From Candidatus Peribacteria bacterium (GTDB taxonomy: Bacteria; Patescibacteriota; Gracilibacteria; Peribacterales; Peribacteraceae): a stretch of DNA of 64,000 nt. Position numbers and translations under genes: made by a program. A model generated the notes under the pieces. The model had not been told where the DNA came from. It saw nothing but the letters and a program-made list of their open reading frames with translations, and ran no database searches. Shown here in pieces: positions 40,940-51,539 of the stretch. Location of the stretch: NCBI GenBank assembly GCA_041691135.1, contig JBEPVF010000001.1, positions 224,001 through 288,000 of the forward strand. Direction: 5' to 3'. How positions within the stretch are numbered: the stretch's first letter is position 1; every line of letters starts with the position of its first letter.

Positions 40940-41941
40940 TTATTCCATCGATAGCGACACTCTGAGACCAGCGTGATCGGAAGAAGATGTGACGACAGGA
41001 ATGATTTCGTACGAGGCTATCGGCAGTGACGGATCAGCGAGCGCCCAATCGATGCGCCAGACACGCAGAATGCGATCGGTCCATGTGGCGGGAAAATGAG
41101 ATGTTCCGCGCGTGGCGGCATCAGTAAAACGCGTAAGGAACCATCGCATCGACCCCATTGCATGGCTCGTATTGAAATCGCCAGCGATGTAGTGGGGAAG
41201 GGGATTGGCGCTGATGTCCTGCTCAAGCGCAGTGAACTGACCGCTGCGCATAACAAAGTATTTATGAAGCGACTGCATGAACCTGACCGGCTGTTTAAGT
41301 AGTGATGGATTCACCGGATTGGACAGATGCACATTGTACACACTCACAACCTGGTTCTGAATGCGCAGATCGGTGCGCAGAAATTGTGTACTGCGTACCG
41401 TGTCGACTATCGGATACTTCGTGAGCGTGATGAGTTCGCCATTCATCACGAGCGTGTAGCCGGGAAACTGTTGCGTGATCTCGTCGAAATCGTGAAGCAA
41501 CGGTTCGTCCTGCCGGTTCATGTGCTCCTGCAACAGGATGACATCAGCCTGCTGCGCATGGATGAATGCGTAAAAATCCTGGCGATCACCATCCTGCCAG
41601 TACTCGGTATTCCAATTGAAAATCACCGGTCCATTCGCATTGCTCATCACCTGTTTCGCGAATGGAAGAACGACATCGCTGTTCATCCATACCAAAGGAA
41701 ACGACAGACACAGGATGAGAAGGCCGATCCATCGCCGCCGCATCAGGCCCACCAAAAAAAGAATGACGAACACACCCAGAAAGACATTCGGCGGAATCAC
41801 CAAAAAGATATTCCACCACCACACGCGTCCCATCAGCCACACGTGCAAGGACATGAATAGGGCGAACAGCAAAACAAGTGCATGCCTCCGGCCGAATAAG
41901 AGAAAAGGTTTCAAAGACACACCGAAAGAATACAGGCACAT
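40940..41941 (-). CDS. endonuclease/exonuclease/phosphatase family protein with N-terminal TMs
   Basis: NWN, LQE, NVHL, GDFN, RID, SDH. Confidence 0.88.
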   Translation of the reverse strand: MCLYSFGVSLKPFLLFGRRHALVLLFALFMSLHVWLMGRVWWWNIFLVIPPNVFLGVFVILFLVGLMRRRWIGLLILCLSFPLVWMNSDVVLPFAKQVMSNANGPVIFNWNTEYWQDGDRQDFYAFIHAQQADVILLQEHMNRQDEPLLHDFDEITQQFPGYTLVMNGELITLTKYPIVDTVRSTQFLRTDLRIQNQVVSVYNVHLSNPVNPSLLKQPVRFMQSLHKYFVMRSGQFTALEQDISANPLPHYIAGDFNTSHAMGSMRWFLTRFTDAATRGTSHFPATWTDRILRVWRIDWALADPSLPIASYEIIPVVTSSSDHAGLRVSLSME

Positions 41942-41959
41942 CCGAAATAGTTCCGTTGA

Positions 41960-42220
41960 TTACTTCGCAGCTACCAGCCTGCTCACCATCGACTTCTTGC
42001 GAGCGGCGTTGTTCGGATGGATGATCTGCTTCTTGGCGGCCGTATCAATAGCCTTAAAGACGAGTGGGAGCATTTTTTGACCCTCTTCCTTCTTGCCAGC
42101 CTTGGCCAGATCGGTGATCTTGCGGATCATCGTCTTGAGTTGCGTTTTGTAGGGCTGACGGCGTGTTCGGCGAACGGTATTCTGACGGGCACGCTTGATG
42201 GCGGACTTGATAATAGGCAT
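41960..42220 (-). CDS. rpsT: 30S ribosomal protein bS20
   Basis: KSAIKRARQ...IHPNNAARKKS. Confidence 0.95.
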   Translation of the reverse strand: MPIIKSAIKRARQNTVRRTRRQPYKTQLKTMIRKITDLAKAGKKEEGQKMLPLVFKAIDTAAKKQIIHPNNAARKKSMVSRLVAAK

Positions 42221-42399
42221 AGAGCTGCGACAGGGTAAGTGCAAGCTACGAGTGAGTCAAGGATGAATATAGAAGGTTAAATAGTGAATATCGGGACATA
42301 GACACCTTATTGGACCTCACATTCCACTTTCGACCTTTCCTATTCAATCAAGATCTTCTGAATTGACCATTTTTTCAATACGCTTCACAATAAGCACAC

Positions 42400-44193
42400 A
42401 TGTGCGGAATATTCGGTTATGTCGGCAGCCGGAACAATGCGGGGAGCATCGTTGTCGACGGGCTCAAAAACCTGGAATATCGCGGATACGACTCGTGGGG
42501 CGTCGCCAGCAAAACGGCTGACGGCCTGAAAGTTCGTAAGGATATCGGCAAAATCAGCAGCGTCGACACGTCCACCTTCGATCACGATTCGACCATCGCC
42601 ATCGCCCACACACGTTGGGCAACGCACGGGGGAGTGACGCAGATCAACGCCCATCCGCATTTGAGCGAGGACAAAATGATCGCCGTGGTGCACAACGGCA
42701 TCGTGGAAAATTACATCGAGCTGCGCGACGACCTGATCGCCAAAGGACATAAATTTTTGTCGGAGACGGACACGGAAGTTATCCCGCATCTGATAGAAGA
42801 AGAGATGGCAAAGACGGGAGACTTCGCCGCCTCGGTACGCAACGCCTGCGCGCACTTCGAAGGCCGCTACGCCATCGTGGCCATGCACACAGCCTCAAAT
42901 ACATTGGTGGCGGCACGCACCGGCTCGCCGTTGATCGTGGGCGTCCTGAAGAGCAAAGAGGGGAGTGACGAATACGGTTACTTCATCGCATCGGACATTC
43001 CGGCCTTCCGCAAATACACGCACATCGTGCAATATTTGGATGACGGCGAAATGCTCGTGACGGATGGAAAGACTATTCTGTTCTCGGACATCAAAACAGG
43101 GGAAGAGCGTGTAAAGCGCGAAATCGAGATCACATGGGCCGCCGAAGAAGCCGACAAGGGCGATTTCGAACACTTCATGCTCAAGGAGATCATGGATCAG
43201 AAGGAGAGTGTGGCACGCGCCGTGAACCAGAACGAAGAGCAGATCATGACCCTGGCCGACGCTATCCATAATGCCTACGGCACCTTCCTGGTGGCATGCG
43301 GCACGGCCGGCAAAGCCTGCATGGCAGCCGATTACTTCTTCTCCGTCATCGCCCAAAAGCACGTGAACTTCGCCCCGGCGAGCGAGTTCAAGTTGTATCA
43401 CCATTTCCTCACCGATCGCAGCCTGCTCATCGTCGTGAGCCAGTCCGGCGAAACGGCTGACGTCCTCGAAGCGATGCATGTCGCCAAATCGAAAGGGGCC
43501 AAAGTCCTGGCGATCGTGAACGTGAAGGGCTCGACCATCGACCGCGAAGCGGATTACACACTGCTCATCAATGCCGGACCGGAACGCGCCGTCGCATCGA
43601 CCAAAGCGCTCACCGGCCAACTGGCTGTCCTCCTGCTGATCGCCTACGCGCTGGCCGGCAAGTTGCAGGAGGGAAAGACCTTGCTCCTCGAAACGAGCGC
43701 CAAGATCAACGACATGTTGAATCCGCGCTACGTGGAGCACTTGAGTGCGTTGGCCGACAGCATCAAGCAGCACGAGCACATGTACATCATCGGCAAGAGC
43801 TGGCACTACCCGATGGCACTCGAGAGTGCGATCAAGATTCAGGAAGTGAGTTACGTGCACGCCGAAGGCTTCGCCGCCGGCGAGCTGAAGCACGGACCCA
43901 TCGCCCTGATCGAAGAGGGTACGCCGTGCATCGTCTTCGTCGGCAAAGACGAAGTGACGCAGGACATCCTCAGCAACGCTATGGAACTGAAAGCGCGCGG
44001 CGCCAAGATCATTGGCGTGTCGCCCGACCAGCACCGCGTGTTCGACGAGTGGATCAAAGTCCCGGAAGCGGGAGACGCCCAAGCCATCCTCAGCATTATC
44101 CCGATTCAGGTGCTCGCGTACTTCCTGGCTGTGAAGCGCGGGAAGAATCCGGATATGCCACGAAATCTGGCGAAGAGCGTGACGGTGAAATGA
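42400..44193 (+). CDS. glmS: glutamine--fructose-6-phosphate aminotransferase
   Basis: MCGIFG, HTRWATHG, SQSGET, PRNLAKSVT. Confidence 0.98.
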   Translation: MCGIFGYVGSRNNAGSIVVDGLKNLEYRGYDSWGVASKTADGLKVRKDIGKISSVDTSTFDHDSTIAIAHTRWATHGGVTQINAHPHLSEDKMIAVVHNGIVENYIELRDDLIAKGHKFLSETDTEVIPHLIEEEMAKTGDFAASVRNACAHFEGRYAIVAMHTASNTLVAARTGSPLIVGVLKSKEGSDEYGYFIASDIPAFRKYTHIVQYLDDGEMLVTDGKTILFSDIKTGEERVKREIEITWAAEEADKGDFEHFMLKEIMDQKESVARAVNQNEEQIMTLADAIHNAYGTFLVACGTAGKACMAADYFFSVIAQKHVNFAPASEFKLYHHFLTDRSLLIVVSQSGETADVLEAMHVAKSKGAKVLAIVNVKGSTIDREADYTLLINAGPERAVASTKALTGQLAVLLLIAYALAGKLQEGKTLLLETSAKINDMLNPRYVEHLSALADSIKQHEHMYIIGKSWHYPMALESAIKIQEVSYVHAEGFAAGELKHGPIALIEEGTPCIVFVGKDEVTQDILSNAMELKARGAKIIGVSPDQHRVFDEWIKVPEAGDAQAILSIIPIQVLAYFLAVKRGKNPDMPRNLAKSVTVK

Positions 44194-44227
44194 GACATTC
44201 CATCCTCTGATAGAACGCCAATAATGT

Positions 44228-44253
44228 GTAGAAGCAGCCGTCCCCGGCTGCGG
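44228..44253 (+). repeat. GTAG-type REP, left of RAYT
   Basis: GTAG-AA-GCAGCCG-TCCC-CGGCTGC-GG. Confidence 0.88.
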
Positions 44254-44315
44254 TCTCCGAAAGTATTTTTTCCACTACTAGAAGAATTGCAGGACATTCA
44301 TAAAAATACAGTCAC

Positions 44316-44753
44316 ATGTCTCAACGTCATCCGATCCAAAACGATGCCATCATGTTCGTCACGACAAATATTCGTCATAAACAGCCAATTTTTTCAAATG
44401 AAGCTTGCGCGACAGAAGCCGTAGAAACCCTTTACCGCGTTCAGCAACTTCATCCATTTTTCTTATATGGTTTTGTAGTTATGCCTGACCATTGCCATTT
44501 TCTGCTGAAAGTTATGGCACCCTATACCATTTCAAAACTTATGAGCACTTATAAATCAAATGTGGCTTTAAATATTGGTATGGGAAATATCTGGCAAGAA
44601 CGTTTTCACATTCGACTTCCCAACAAGCCAGAAGCATCACGAACATATATTCATACTAATCCAGTAAAGGCCGGTATCATTGAACATGCCAATTTATATC
44701 CTTGGTCATCCGCATCAGCAAAATGGGATGTATCGCCTATAGAAATTTTTTAA
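44316..44753 (+). CDS. REP-associated tyrosine transposase (RAYT, HUH Y1)
   Basis: FVTT, VMPDHCH (HUH), WQERF, YIHTNPVKAG, YPWSS. Confidence 0.9.
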   Translation: MSQRHPIQNDAIMFVTTNIRHKQPIFSNEACATEAVETLYRVQQLHPFFLYGFVVMPDHCHFLLKVMAPYTISKLMSTYKSNVALNIGMGNIWQERFHIRLPNKPEASRTYIHTNPVKAGIIEHANLYPWSSASAKWDVSPIEIF

Positions 44754-44805
44754 TGAGCACGGTGGCAGAATTATAAGGATCAAAGGGGTGACTAAAACCT
44801 CGGCA

Positions 44806-44831
44806 CCGCAGCCGGGGACGGCTGCTGCTAC
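44806..44831 (-). repeat. GTAG-type REP, right of RAYT (inverted)
   Basis: Minus strand GTAG-CA-GCAGCCG-TCCC-CGGCTGC-GG. Confidence 0.88.
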
Positions 44832-44861
44832 ATGATGATGGTGGCGATTATTATTTTTTAT

Positions 44862-47408
44862 TTAATGCTCCGGCGGCAACCCGTAATACTTGATGAGGAA
44901 TGATGCGATATCGTGGAACACCGGCACTGCCGTGGATGTACCGTAGATGTCGCGCTTCGGACGATCGAATTTGACGTAGATGAGGAACTTGGGGTTGTGT
45001 GCCGGCGCGTAGCCGATGAAGGACGTGATAGTGGAACCGGTACCGGTTTCGTACTTGCCGCCCGGACCGGCGATCTGCGAGGTGCCGGTTTTGCCGGCGA
45101 TGTCGTAGCCCTTTACGCCGCCGGCTTTAGCGTAGCCGTACTGGACCGACTGAATGAGCATGTCGGTGATCGTTTTGGCAGTTTCGGGTTTGATCACCTG
45201 ATCCAACACTTTCGGCTCGCGCACTTCTTCGGTGCCATCGGGATGGATTACACGATCGATCAAAATCGGCTTCATCAATTTGCCATCGTTGGCCAGTGCC
45301 GCGAAGGCCATGGTCATCTGCAGGGGAGTGACGGAGATACCCTGACCGAAGGCGGTGGTGGCAAGCAACGCGTTGGACCAGTCGCCGCGCTTGCGCCACG
45401 GACGCAGTTCTCCGCCGAGCTCATCTTCCAATTCGATGCCCGTGATGCGGCCGAAGCCGAAGCGTTCGAGCATCCGGTCGAATAACTTGGCACCAAGGCG
45501 GGCCGACACGCTTGTCATGCAGGTGTTGATCGAGAACGCCAGACAGTCGGTCATTGTCACATGACCGTAGTATCGCTGGAGCGCATTCTTGATTTCGAAT
45601 TCGTCCACCTTCACCGGACCTTTATCTTCGTAGGTGGTATCCGGCGTCAATTCACCCTGATCCAGCGCGATCGACATCGTGACCGGTTTCATCACCGAAC
45701 CCGGTTCGTAGATGGATTGAATATTGCGATTGAGATACGCACCCACTCCGAGTTGATTTTTGAACCGCAACCACGTGTTGGGATCGCTGGTCGGAAATAC
45801 TTCGCGGCGGTTACTGTCGCCCTTCGTCTCTTCGGTTTGATACAAGTAGTACCGTGTGATGTCCGACAAATCATACAACTTCTCCAGATCATCGATGACC
45901 TTTTGGCCTTTGGCACTCAGCAATTTGCGGCCCTCCGGAATGAAGACTTCGGAGTACGGCTCCTTAAGCAGACGCACGTTGGTAGTGGGATCGTACACTT
46001 CCACGATCAACTTATCGGAATGCACTGCGTCGAGAGCGAACGGTTCCTTGGCGTACACATCGGCGTAATTATTGCTGTCGAAGAGGGGAACATTGACCAT
46101 CGCGAAAATCTTGCCGGTTGCCGGATCCATCACGATGGCCTGACCGTCTTCGGCCTTGTATGTTTCGAGCGCTTGCTCCATCACCGTCTCGACTTCTTTC
46201 TGAATCGTACGATCGAGGGTGAGCACGATGGAATCGCCGTCCTTCGGCTTCACGATCGTCTGCTGCGCTGTGAGGATTTGTCCGCCGGCAAGATCGCGCA
46301 CCGAACTGATGATTCCTTCCTGCCCACGGAGCTGAGGATTGAAGGCACGTTCGATGCCGTATTGCGCTTCTTCATTCGTATTCAGGAACCCTACCACGTG
46401 CGATGCGATGGTGGTGTCCGGATAGAACCGCCAGTTTTCGGCGAGCAGAGCGATGCTGCGGAGCGGGTAATCGAATTCGGCATGCGTGTCGACGCCTGCC
46501 TTGCGCTTCGCCTCGGCTTCCTGATAAGACGCGAGTTGCGCTTCGCGGATCTTGAGCGACATCGACGGCGACAACTTGCGCATGACCGGGACGTAACGCA
46601 GCGGACGCGAACGCAGCAAGCTCACGATCGACGAGGGATCCATATCCAGAATTTTGCCGATCTTCTTGGCGATCGAATCGGTGTGGCTCTGATCGATTTG
46701 CTCCGGATCGGCGTAGATAAGTTTTTCTTCTGGAACCACGACGATGCCCGGAATCGCAAGACCCTGCGTATCGTGGAGCTGCACTTTGTTGGCTCCGTAT
46801 TTGATGGGCGAAAATATGACGCGCTTCTGCGAGATGCGCTGCTCAATCGACCGTGCGAACTGGCGGGTGGCCTCCGTCTTGTCGGGCAGGTTCAACACTG
46901 TGGGCGGCAACTGGCCGTCGGCCGGCAGAGGTTCGAGCAAACCCCCCGATTGACTGAGCTTGTACAGATCGATCGGATCGAAAGCCGGCGCATAGAATGG
47001 AATCAGTTCTTTGGGACACGTGTCTTTGCCATGCGAACACGCATCATGCGTTTCGTCGGTTACCAGAATGCCGGCCAATGTCTCGGCGACGAAGGTGGGA
47101 TTGGCGACGACGAGCGGATCTACGTAAACCAAGTTCTGCGTCGTATTGGTGGCGAGAATATTGCGCTCACCCGTTTTACTGTTCAGCGCGAATATTTCGC
47201 CGCGCTTGGCCGGTAATTTCACATCGCCGAAATGCTGCAGCTGCGCGGCATTGCGGTAATCAGCACCTTTGACAATTTGCAATTCCATCAGCCTGGCTAT
47301 AATCGTAAGCAGGATAATGAGGAAGAATGCATGCACGATGGTCATGCGCTGGAGAAGAGAGCGCCGCTTCTGCGTTTCGCTGGAAAGGAGTCGGGGTTTG
47401 ACCGCCAT
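44862..47408 (-). CDS. class B penicillin-binding protein (FtsI-like) with insertions
   Basis: RGEIF, YGIE, EPGSVMK (SxxK), SIN (SxN), KTGT. Confidence 0.9.
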   Translation of the reverse strand: MAVKPRLLSSETQKRRSLLQRMTIVHAFFLIILLTIIARLMELQIVKGADYRNAAQLQHFGDVKLPAKRGEIFALNSKTGERNILATNTTQNLVYVDPLVVANPTFVAETLAGILVTDETHDACSHGKDTCPKELIPFYAPAFDPIDLYKLSQSGGLLEPLPADGQLPPTVLNLPDKTEATRQFARSIEQRISQKRVIFSPIKYGANKVQLHDTQGLAIPGIVVVPEEKLIYADPEQIDQSHTDSIAKKIGKILDMDPSSIVSLLRSRPLRYVPVMRKLSPSMSLKIREAQLASYQEAEAKRKAGVDTHAEFDYPLRSIALLAENWRFYPDTTIASHVVGFLNTNEEAQYGIERAFNPQLRGQEGIISSVRDLAGGQILTAQQTIVKPKDGDSIVLTLDRTIQKEVETVMEQALETYKAEDGQAIVMDPATGKIFAMVNVPLFDSNNYADVYAKEPFALDAVHSDKLIVEVYDPTTNVRLLKEPYSEVFIPEGRKLLSAKGQKVIDDLEKLYDLSDITRYYLYQTEETKGDSNRREVFPTSDPNTWLRFKNQLGVGAYLNRNIQSIYEPGSVMKPVTMSIALDQGELTPDTTYEDKGPVKVDEFEIKNALQRYYGHVTMTDCLAFSINTCMTSVSARLGAKLFDRMLERFGFGRITGIELEDELGGELRPWRKRGDWSNALLATTAFGQGISVTPLQMTMAFAALANDGKLMKPILIDRVIHPDGTEEVREPKVLDQVIKPETAKTITDMLIQSVQYGYAKAGGVKGYDIAGKTGTSQIAGPGGKYETGTGSTITSFIGYAPAHNPKFLIYVKFDRPKRDIYGTSTAVPVFHDIASFLIKYYGLPPEH

Positions 47409-47555
47409 GGAGAGCCGGGAAAAGCACGCATTGCCGCCCGCGAGCAGCGCACCCGAACGGGACGACATCTTTAAACCGAAAACCTGCTTTTACTGACAGG
47501 AATTCACTGGAAAGCAGGGTATCACAAAGTGCCAAAAGATGATATAATAAAGGGA

Positions 47556-48659
47556 ATGTCTTCTCTCGACTTTGCGTCCATGGATGGCGAAACGCTGCTT
47601 CGTACGTTGCAGGACTTCTGCACGCAGGAAGGGGCGTCAGATATCCACCTGTCGCCTCAAAAAGACGGCGTGCGATTGGAGTGGCGTTTGCATGGAATTT
47701 TGGCTCCGCTGGCCACGCTCAAAACGGCCACGTACACCGACCTGTTGCGCCGCATCAAATTCGAATCGAAGCTGAAGATGAACGTGACGAATATTCCCCA
47801 GGACGGACAGTACACCTTCGCCGCCAAAGACCGGGCAGTGAACGTCCGTGTGGCGACGCTGCCATCGCGTTTCGGTGAAGCGCTCACGCTGCGTCTGCTT
47901 GATCCGAATAAAGGGATCCGCCCGCTCACCTCACTAGGATTCCCGGATGAGATCAGTACGAAGCTGAAAGAATTAGCCGAACTTCCCAATGGTCTGATCC
48001 TCGTCACCGGACCGACGGGTTCCGGCAAAACAACGACGCTGTACGCACTGCTCTCCACGCTGGTCGGCAAGGACCGCAATATCATTACACTGGAAGATCC
48101 GGTTGAGTACGAACTACCGGGCATTATTCAAAGCGAGATCGATGCCGATCATGACTACACGTTTTCATCTGGACTGCGATCCATTCTGCGTCACGATCCC
48201 GACGTCATTCTGGTCGGAGAAATTCGTGATCTCGATACCGCCCAGACGGCAGTAAACGCCGCGCTCACCGGACACCTGGTTCTCAGTACGCTCCACACGA
48301 ACTCCGCACTCGAAGCGATCCCGCGTTTCCTATCGATGGGCGTGAGTCCGTATACCTTCGCTCCCGCACTCCGCGCCGTCTTGGCGCAGCGTCTGGTGCG
48401 CACGGTCAAAGAAGAGTGTCGAACCGGCAGCAAAGTCTGCGACCCCGCGTCGCACGACACCTACGACGGACAAATGTGTCTGCCCGAACTTCTCGTCGTC
48501 ACGCCTGCCATCCAACAGATGGTTCTGAATATGGAACAGGAATCAGCCATCGCCACCCAGGCAAAAAGCGAAGGCTTCAAGACAATGAAGGAATGGGGTC
48601 AGCAATTTGTGAGCGAAAAGAAGACGACTATTCAGGAAGTGGAGCGGGTAACAGCGTAA
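47556..48659 (+). CDS. GspE/PilB family ATPase, short form
   Basis: ASDIH, PQDG, GPTGSGKTT, EDPVE, GEIRD, LSTLHTN. Confidence 0.9.
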   Translation: MSSLDFASMDGETLLRTLQDFCTQEGASDIHLSPQKDGVRLEWRLHGILAPLATLKTATYTDLLRRIKFESKLKMNVTNIPQDGQYTFAAKDRAVNVRVATLPSRFGEALTLRLLDPNKGIRPLTSLGFPDEISTKLKELAELPNGLILVTGPTGSGKTTTLYALLSTLVGKDRNIITLEDPVEYELPGIIQSEIDADHDYTFSSGLRSILRHDPDVILVGEIRDLDTAQTAVNAALTGHLVLSTLHTNSALEAIPRFLSMGVSPYTFAPALRAVLAQRLVRTVKEECRTGSKVCDPASHDTYDGQMCLPELLVVTPAIQQMVLNMEQESAIATQAKSEGFKTMKEWGQQFVSEKKTTIQEVERVTA

Positions 48660-48760
48660 TAAAAGTGGCCGCCGCGGACTTCATTGTTTGCATACATAAT
48701 TGCTTCAGCCGCTGTTGAGCTTTGCTCTTCCCCATGGCAAGCTGAGCTGGTTACCTCGCG

Positions 48761-50500
48761 ATGAAAGTGCACTACCGCCATCGTCGAAACGGCTTCGGTG
48801 ATACCGGCCGCTCCAGCACCGGTTCAACCGGTCGCACCGTCGCGCGTATCGTCGCCGTTTTGGTGCTTTTGCTGGTTGTCTACTGGCTTGGCAAGGGCCT
48901 GTTGGCATTGATGGGATTTGGCGGTGGAGGACAGGACCGCACCGCAACAGTGATGGCCGAGGACGGTTCGACGGTCGAGGTGTCGTACGAAGGCAAGCCG
49001 TTCCAGACGGCCGAGTCGAACAGCAAATTGCAACCGGGTGACGTGGCCAAAACAGGTTCCATGTCGAATGCGTCCCTCACATTCTTCGACGGGACTTGGG
49101 CACGACTCGATCAGCAGACACAGGTATCTATTTCCAAGAGTGCGTTCGGATCGCAATCGCAACTCCAGCTGCAAGTACCCGAGGGAACGCTATGGGTGTC
49201 TACGCCCGACCAGAAAGCATTCTCGGGCGCCATCGTCCGTCAGATCGTGACGCCGGCACTGACATTCGAGCTGCCACCCAAAACACAGGCACTCGTATCC
49301 GGCACGAATTTGATCGTCTATGCGGCTGGCGGTGACGGTGTGAAAGTGACCGGCAAGGGAATCGATGACATCACCATCGGGGAAGGGCAGCAATTGCAAT
49401 TGCCCGCCACTGGAGCCCAGGGTGATCTGACGCAATACCGTTCGGCTCTCACGCTGGCCGCTCTCCGCAACGCGTTCGCCATCGAGAGTCAGGAGCAGGC
49501 ATCGACGATGCTCGATGGGGGAGTGAGCGGCTCGGGGACTTTGACTGGCGCACTCAACGAAAACCTGCTGACTATCTCGAGTCCGTTGGATCACGATAAC
49601 GTGACCAGCAACACCATCCGTGTGACCGGCAAAGTGAGTCCGCGGATTTTGCACGTACGCGTGAACGGCAAGGAACTGCAGATCAGTCAGGAAGACGGCA
49701 GCTTTTCGGACGACATCATGATGCCGGATGGCGAAAAGACATTTGACCTTCACTTCGTCGCGCTCGGCAGCACCGACAAGATCCTCGCCGAAAAAATTCT
49801 GACCGTGCAGCATGGCAACGCCTCGAGTGCGGAAACGGCTTCCGGTTTCCCGGTTCCCGAAATTACGTCGCCAGCTAAGGCGGGACAGACGTTCAAAACA
49901 ACCGACACACAAGTGGTTATCCGCGGCACGACCAGTGCCGACACGGCGAGCATCATGGTGAACGATTACAAACTGCAGCTCTACACGGTGGGAAACACCA
50001 CATGGAGTTACCTCGCCAGCATGAGTCTGAACAACCTGGTAGCCGGATCGAATACATTTGATGTCGTCGCCTTCGACAAAGACGGCAACAAGAGCGCCAA
50101 AGCCACGATCACGATCGTGCAAGGCGAAGCGGGCGGCGTTGTGAGCGGCACCGCTGAATCGGCCGGCTCAAGCAGCAGCACCGTAAAGCCGAAGAACAAC
50201 GAACCGCTCACGCCGGGAGTATTGAGCGTCACCGGGCCCACCGCCGGAACAGAGCACAACGAAACCGGCACCGGATTCCTGTTGGAAGGTACGACATCGG
50301 CAGCGACAGATAGCATCTGGATCAACGACTACAAATTGCAGCTCTACAAGTCCGGCAAAAAAATCTGGAACTACATCGCCTCAGCCGATTTCAACAACCT
50401 GAAAAAGGGCACGAACGTGTATCACATCGTCGCACGAAACAAAGACGGCGAAGTACTCGATAAATTCGATTACACGGTGACCTACGAACCGGCTCAATAA
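48761..50500 (+). CDS. membrane-anchored FecR-like protein with Ig-like repeats
   Basis: TM; GD..KT...LTFFDGT..RLD; two C-terminal repeats containing NDYKLQLY. Confidence 0.75.
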   Translation: MKVHYRHRRNGFGDTGRSSTGSTGRTVARIVAVLVLLLVVYWLGKGLLALMGFGGGGQDRTATVMAEDGSTVEVSYEGKPFQTAESNSKLQPGDVAKTGSMSNASLTFFDGTWARLDQQTQVSISKSAFGSQSQLQLQVPEGTLWVSTPDQKAFSGAIVRQIVTPALTFELPPKTQALVSGTNLIVYAAGGDGVKVTGKGIDDITIGEGQQLQLPATGAQGDLTQYRSALTLAALRNAFAIESQEQASTMLDGGVSGSGTLTGALNENLLTISSPLDHDNVTSNTIRVTGKVSPRILHVRVNGKELQISQEDGSFSDDIMMPDGEKTFDLHFVALGSTDKILAEKILTVQHGNASSAETASGFPVPEITSPAKAGQTFKTTDTQVVIRGTTSADTASIMVNDYKLQLYTVGNTTWSYLASMSLNNLVAGSNTFDVVAFDKDGNKSAKATITIVQGEAGGVVSGTAESAGSSSSTVKPKNNEPLTPGVLSVTGPTAGTEHNETGTGFLLEGTTSAATDSIWINDYKLQLYKSGKKIWNYIASADFNNLKKGTNVYHIVARNKDGEVLDKFDYTVTYEPAQ

Positions 50501-50532
50501 TCACAGATGAATAGGAAGAGTGTCGTGGGGCG

Positions 50533-51462
50533 TCAGTATTTAACATTACTCCGCTTCATCACTTCCTCCATGGCCACAGGCAATGGAGCTGTCACTGTAT
50601 GTCGTGCGCCGTCCACCGGAGATTCGAATGTCAGCTGCCACGAATGCAGACATAAATTTTTCACTTCGAACTCATCATTCAAGCGCTCGGCCAGCGGAGA
50701 GCTATACGTCCCGTCGCCCAAAATAGGATGACCGATCGATTGCAGGTGAACGCGAATCTGATGCGTGCGGCCGGTGTGTAAATCGCATTCAAGCAATGCG
50801 ACATGTTCCTTTGAATCTAAAACTCTATACGTCGTCTGTGCCTCGCGCACCGTTCCAACGCCGCGAATCGACATCTTCGTCCGATCGATGGGACTCCGAC
50901 CAATCGGCGAATCGATCTTGGCTGTATCGTGCATCGGCACGCCGGCAACCAACGCCAGGTACAGCTTGCGCACGCTCCGCGTTTCGAACTGCGCCTGCAG
51001 TTTCAATTGCGCTTCGGGCGTCTTGGCCACCAGCAAACAACCCGTCGTTTCTTTATCCAATCGATGCACGAGCACGCTCGCTTCGGAGAAGGGGAGTGAG
51101 CGCTGGCCGAACAGAAATGCAATGCCATGTAAAATGGTAATTTCATCCGGACTCATCGCCGCGCCGGGATGCACGGCGTAACCGGCCGGTTTATTGATCA
51201 CCAGACACATCGCATCTTCGTATGGAACATCGATGTGCAGATCGTGCGGTTCTATACCGGATACTATCACTTCATCACTCTCTTCCACTGTCACGGTATC
51301 ACCCTCCTGCAATCGCTCGGCCGCTTTGCGGCACACATGATCATTAACCAATACCAATCCGTCTTCGATGGCCTTCTGCGCCTTGGCACGGCTGAGGAAG
51401 ACTTTCTCGGTGGCCAAAAACGTATCGAGCCGGTCGGGAAGGCTGACGAGAAATGTGGACAT
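50533..51462 (-). CDS. rluD: RluA/RluD family pseudouridine synthase
   Basis: S4-like N-terminus, NKPAG, HRLDKETTG, GRTHQIRVH. Confidence 0.9.
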   Translation of the reverse strand: MSTFLVSLPDRLDTFLATEKVFLSRAKAQKAIEDGLVLVNDHVCRKAAERLQEGDTVTVEESDEVIVSGIEPHDLHIDVPYEDAMCLVINKPAGYAVHPGAAMSPDEITILHGIAFLFGQRSLPFSEASVLVHRLDKETTGCLLVAKTPEAQLKLQAQFETRSVRKLYLALVAGVPMHDTAKIDSPIGRSPIDRTKMSIRGVGTVREAQTTYRVLDSKEHVALLECDLHTGRTHQIRVHLQSIGHPILGDGTYSSPLAERLNDEFEVKNLCLHSWQLTFESPVDGARHTVTAPLPVAMEEVMKRSNVKY

Positions 51463-51539
51463 GCGCACAGTGTACAGACAATCCGCGATATATAGAGCTT
51501 ATTTGACAGCGGTCGGCCAAAACGTTTGTATAGTGCGGC

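Noticed and set aside
42245-42399. glmS ribozyme upstream of glmS
   Set aside because: No ribozyme core recognised; the region is an imperfect AT-rich inverted repeat
42895-47216. Long antisense ORFs (42895-44082, 45561-47216; also 12283-13248, 49190-50122)
   Set aside because: Shadows of well-supported genes on the opposite strand
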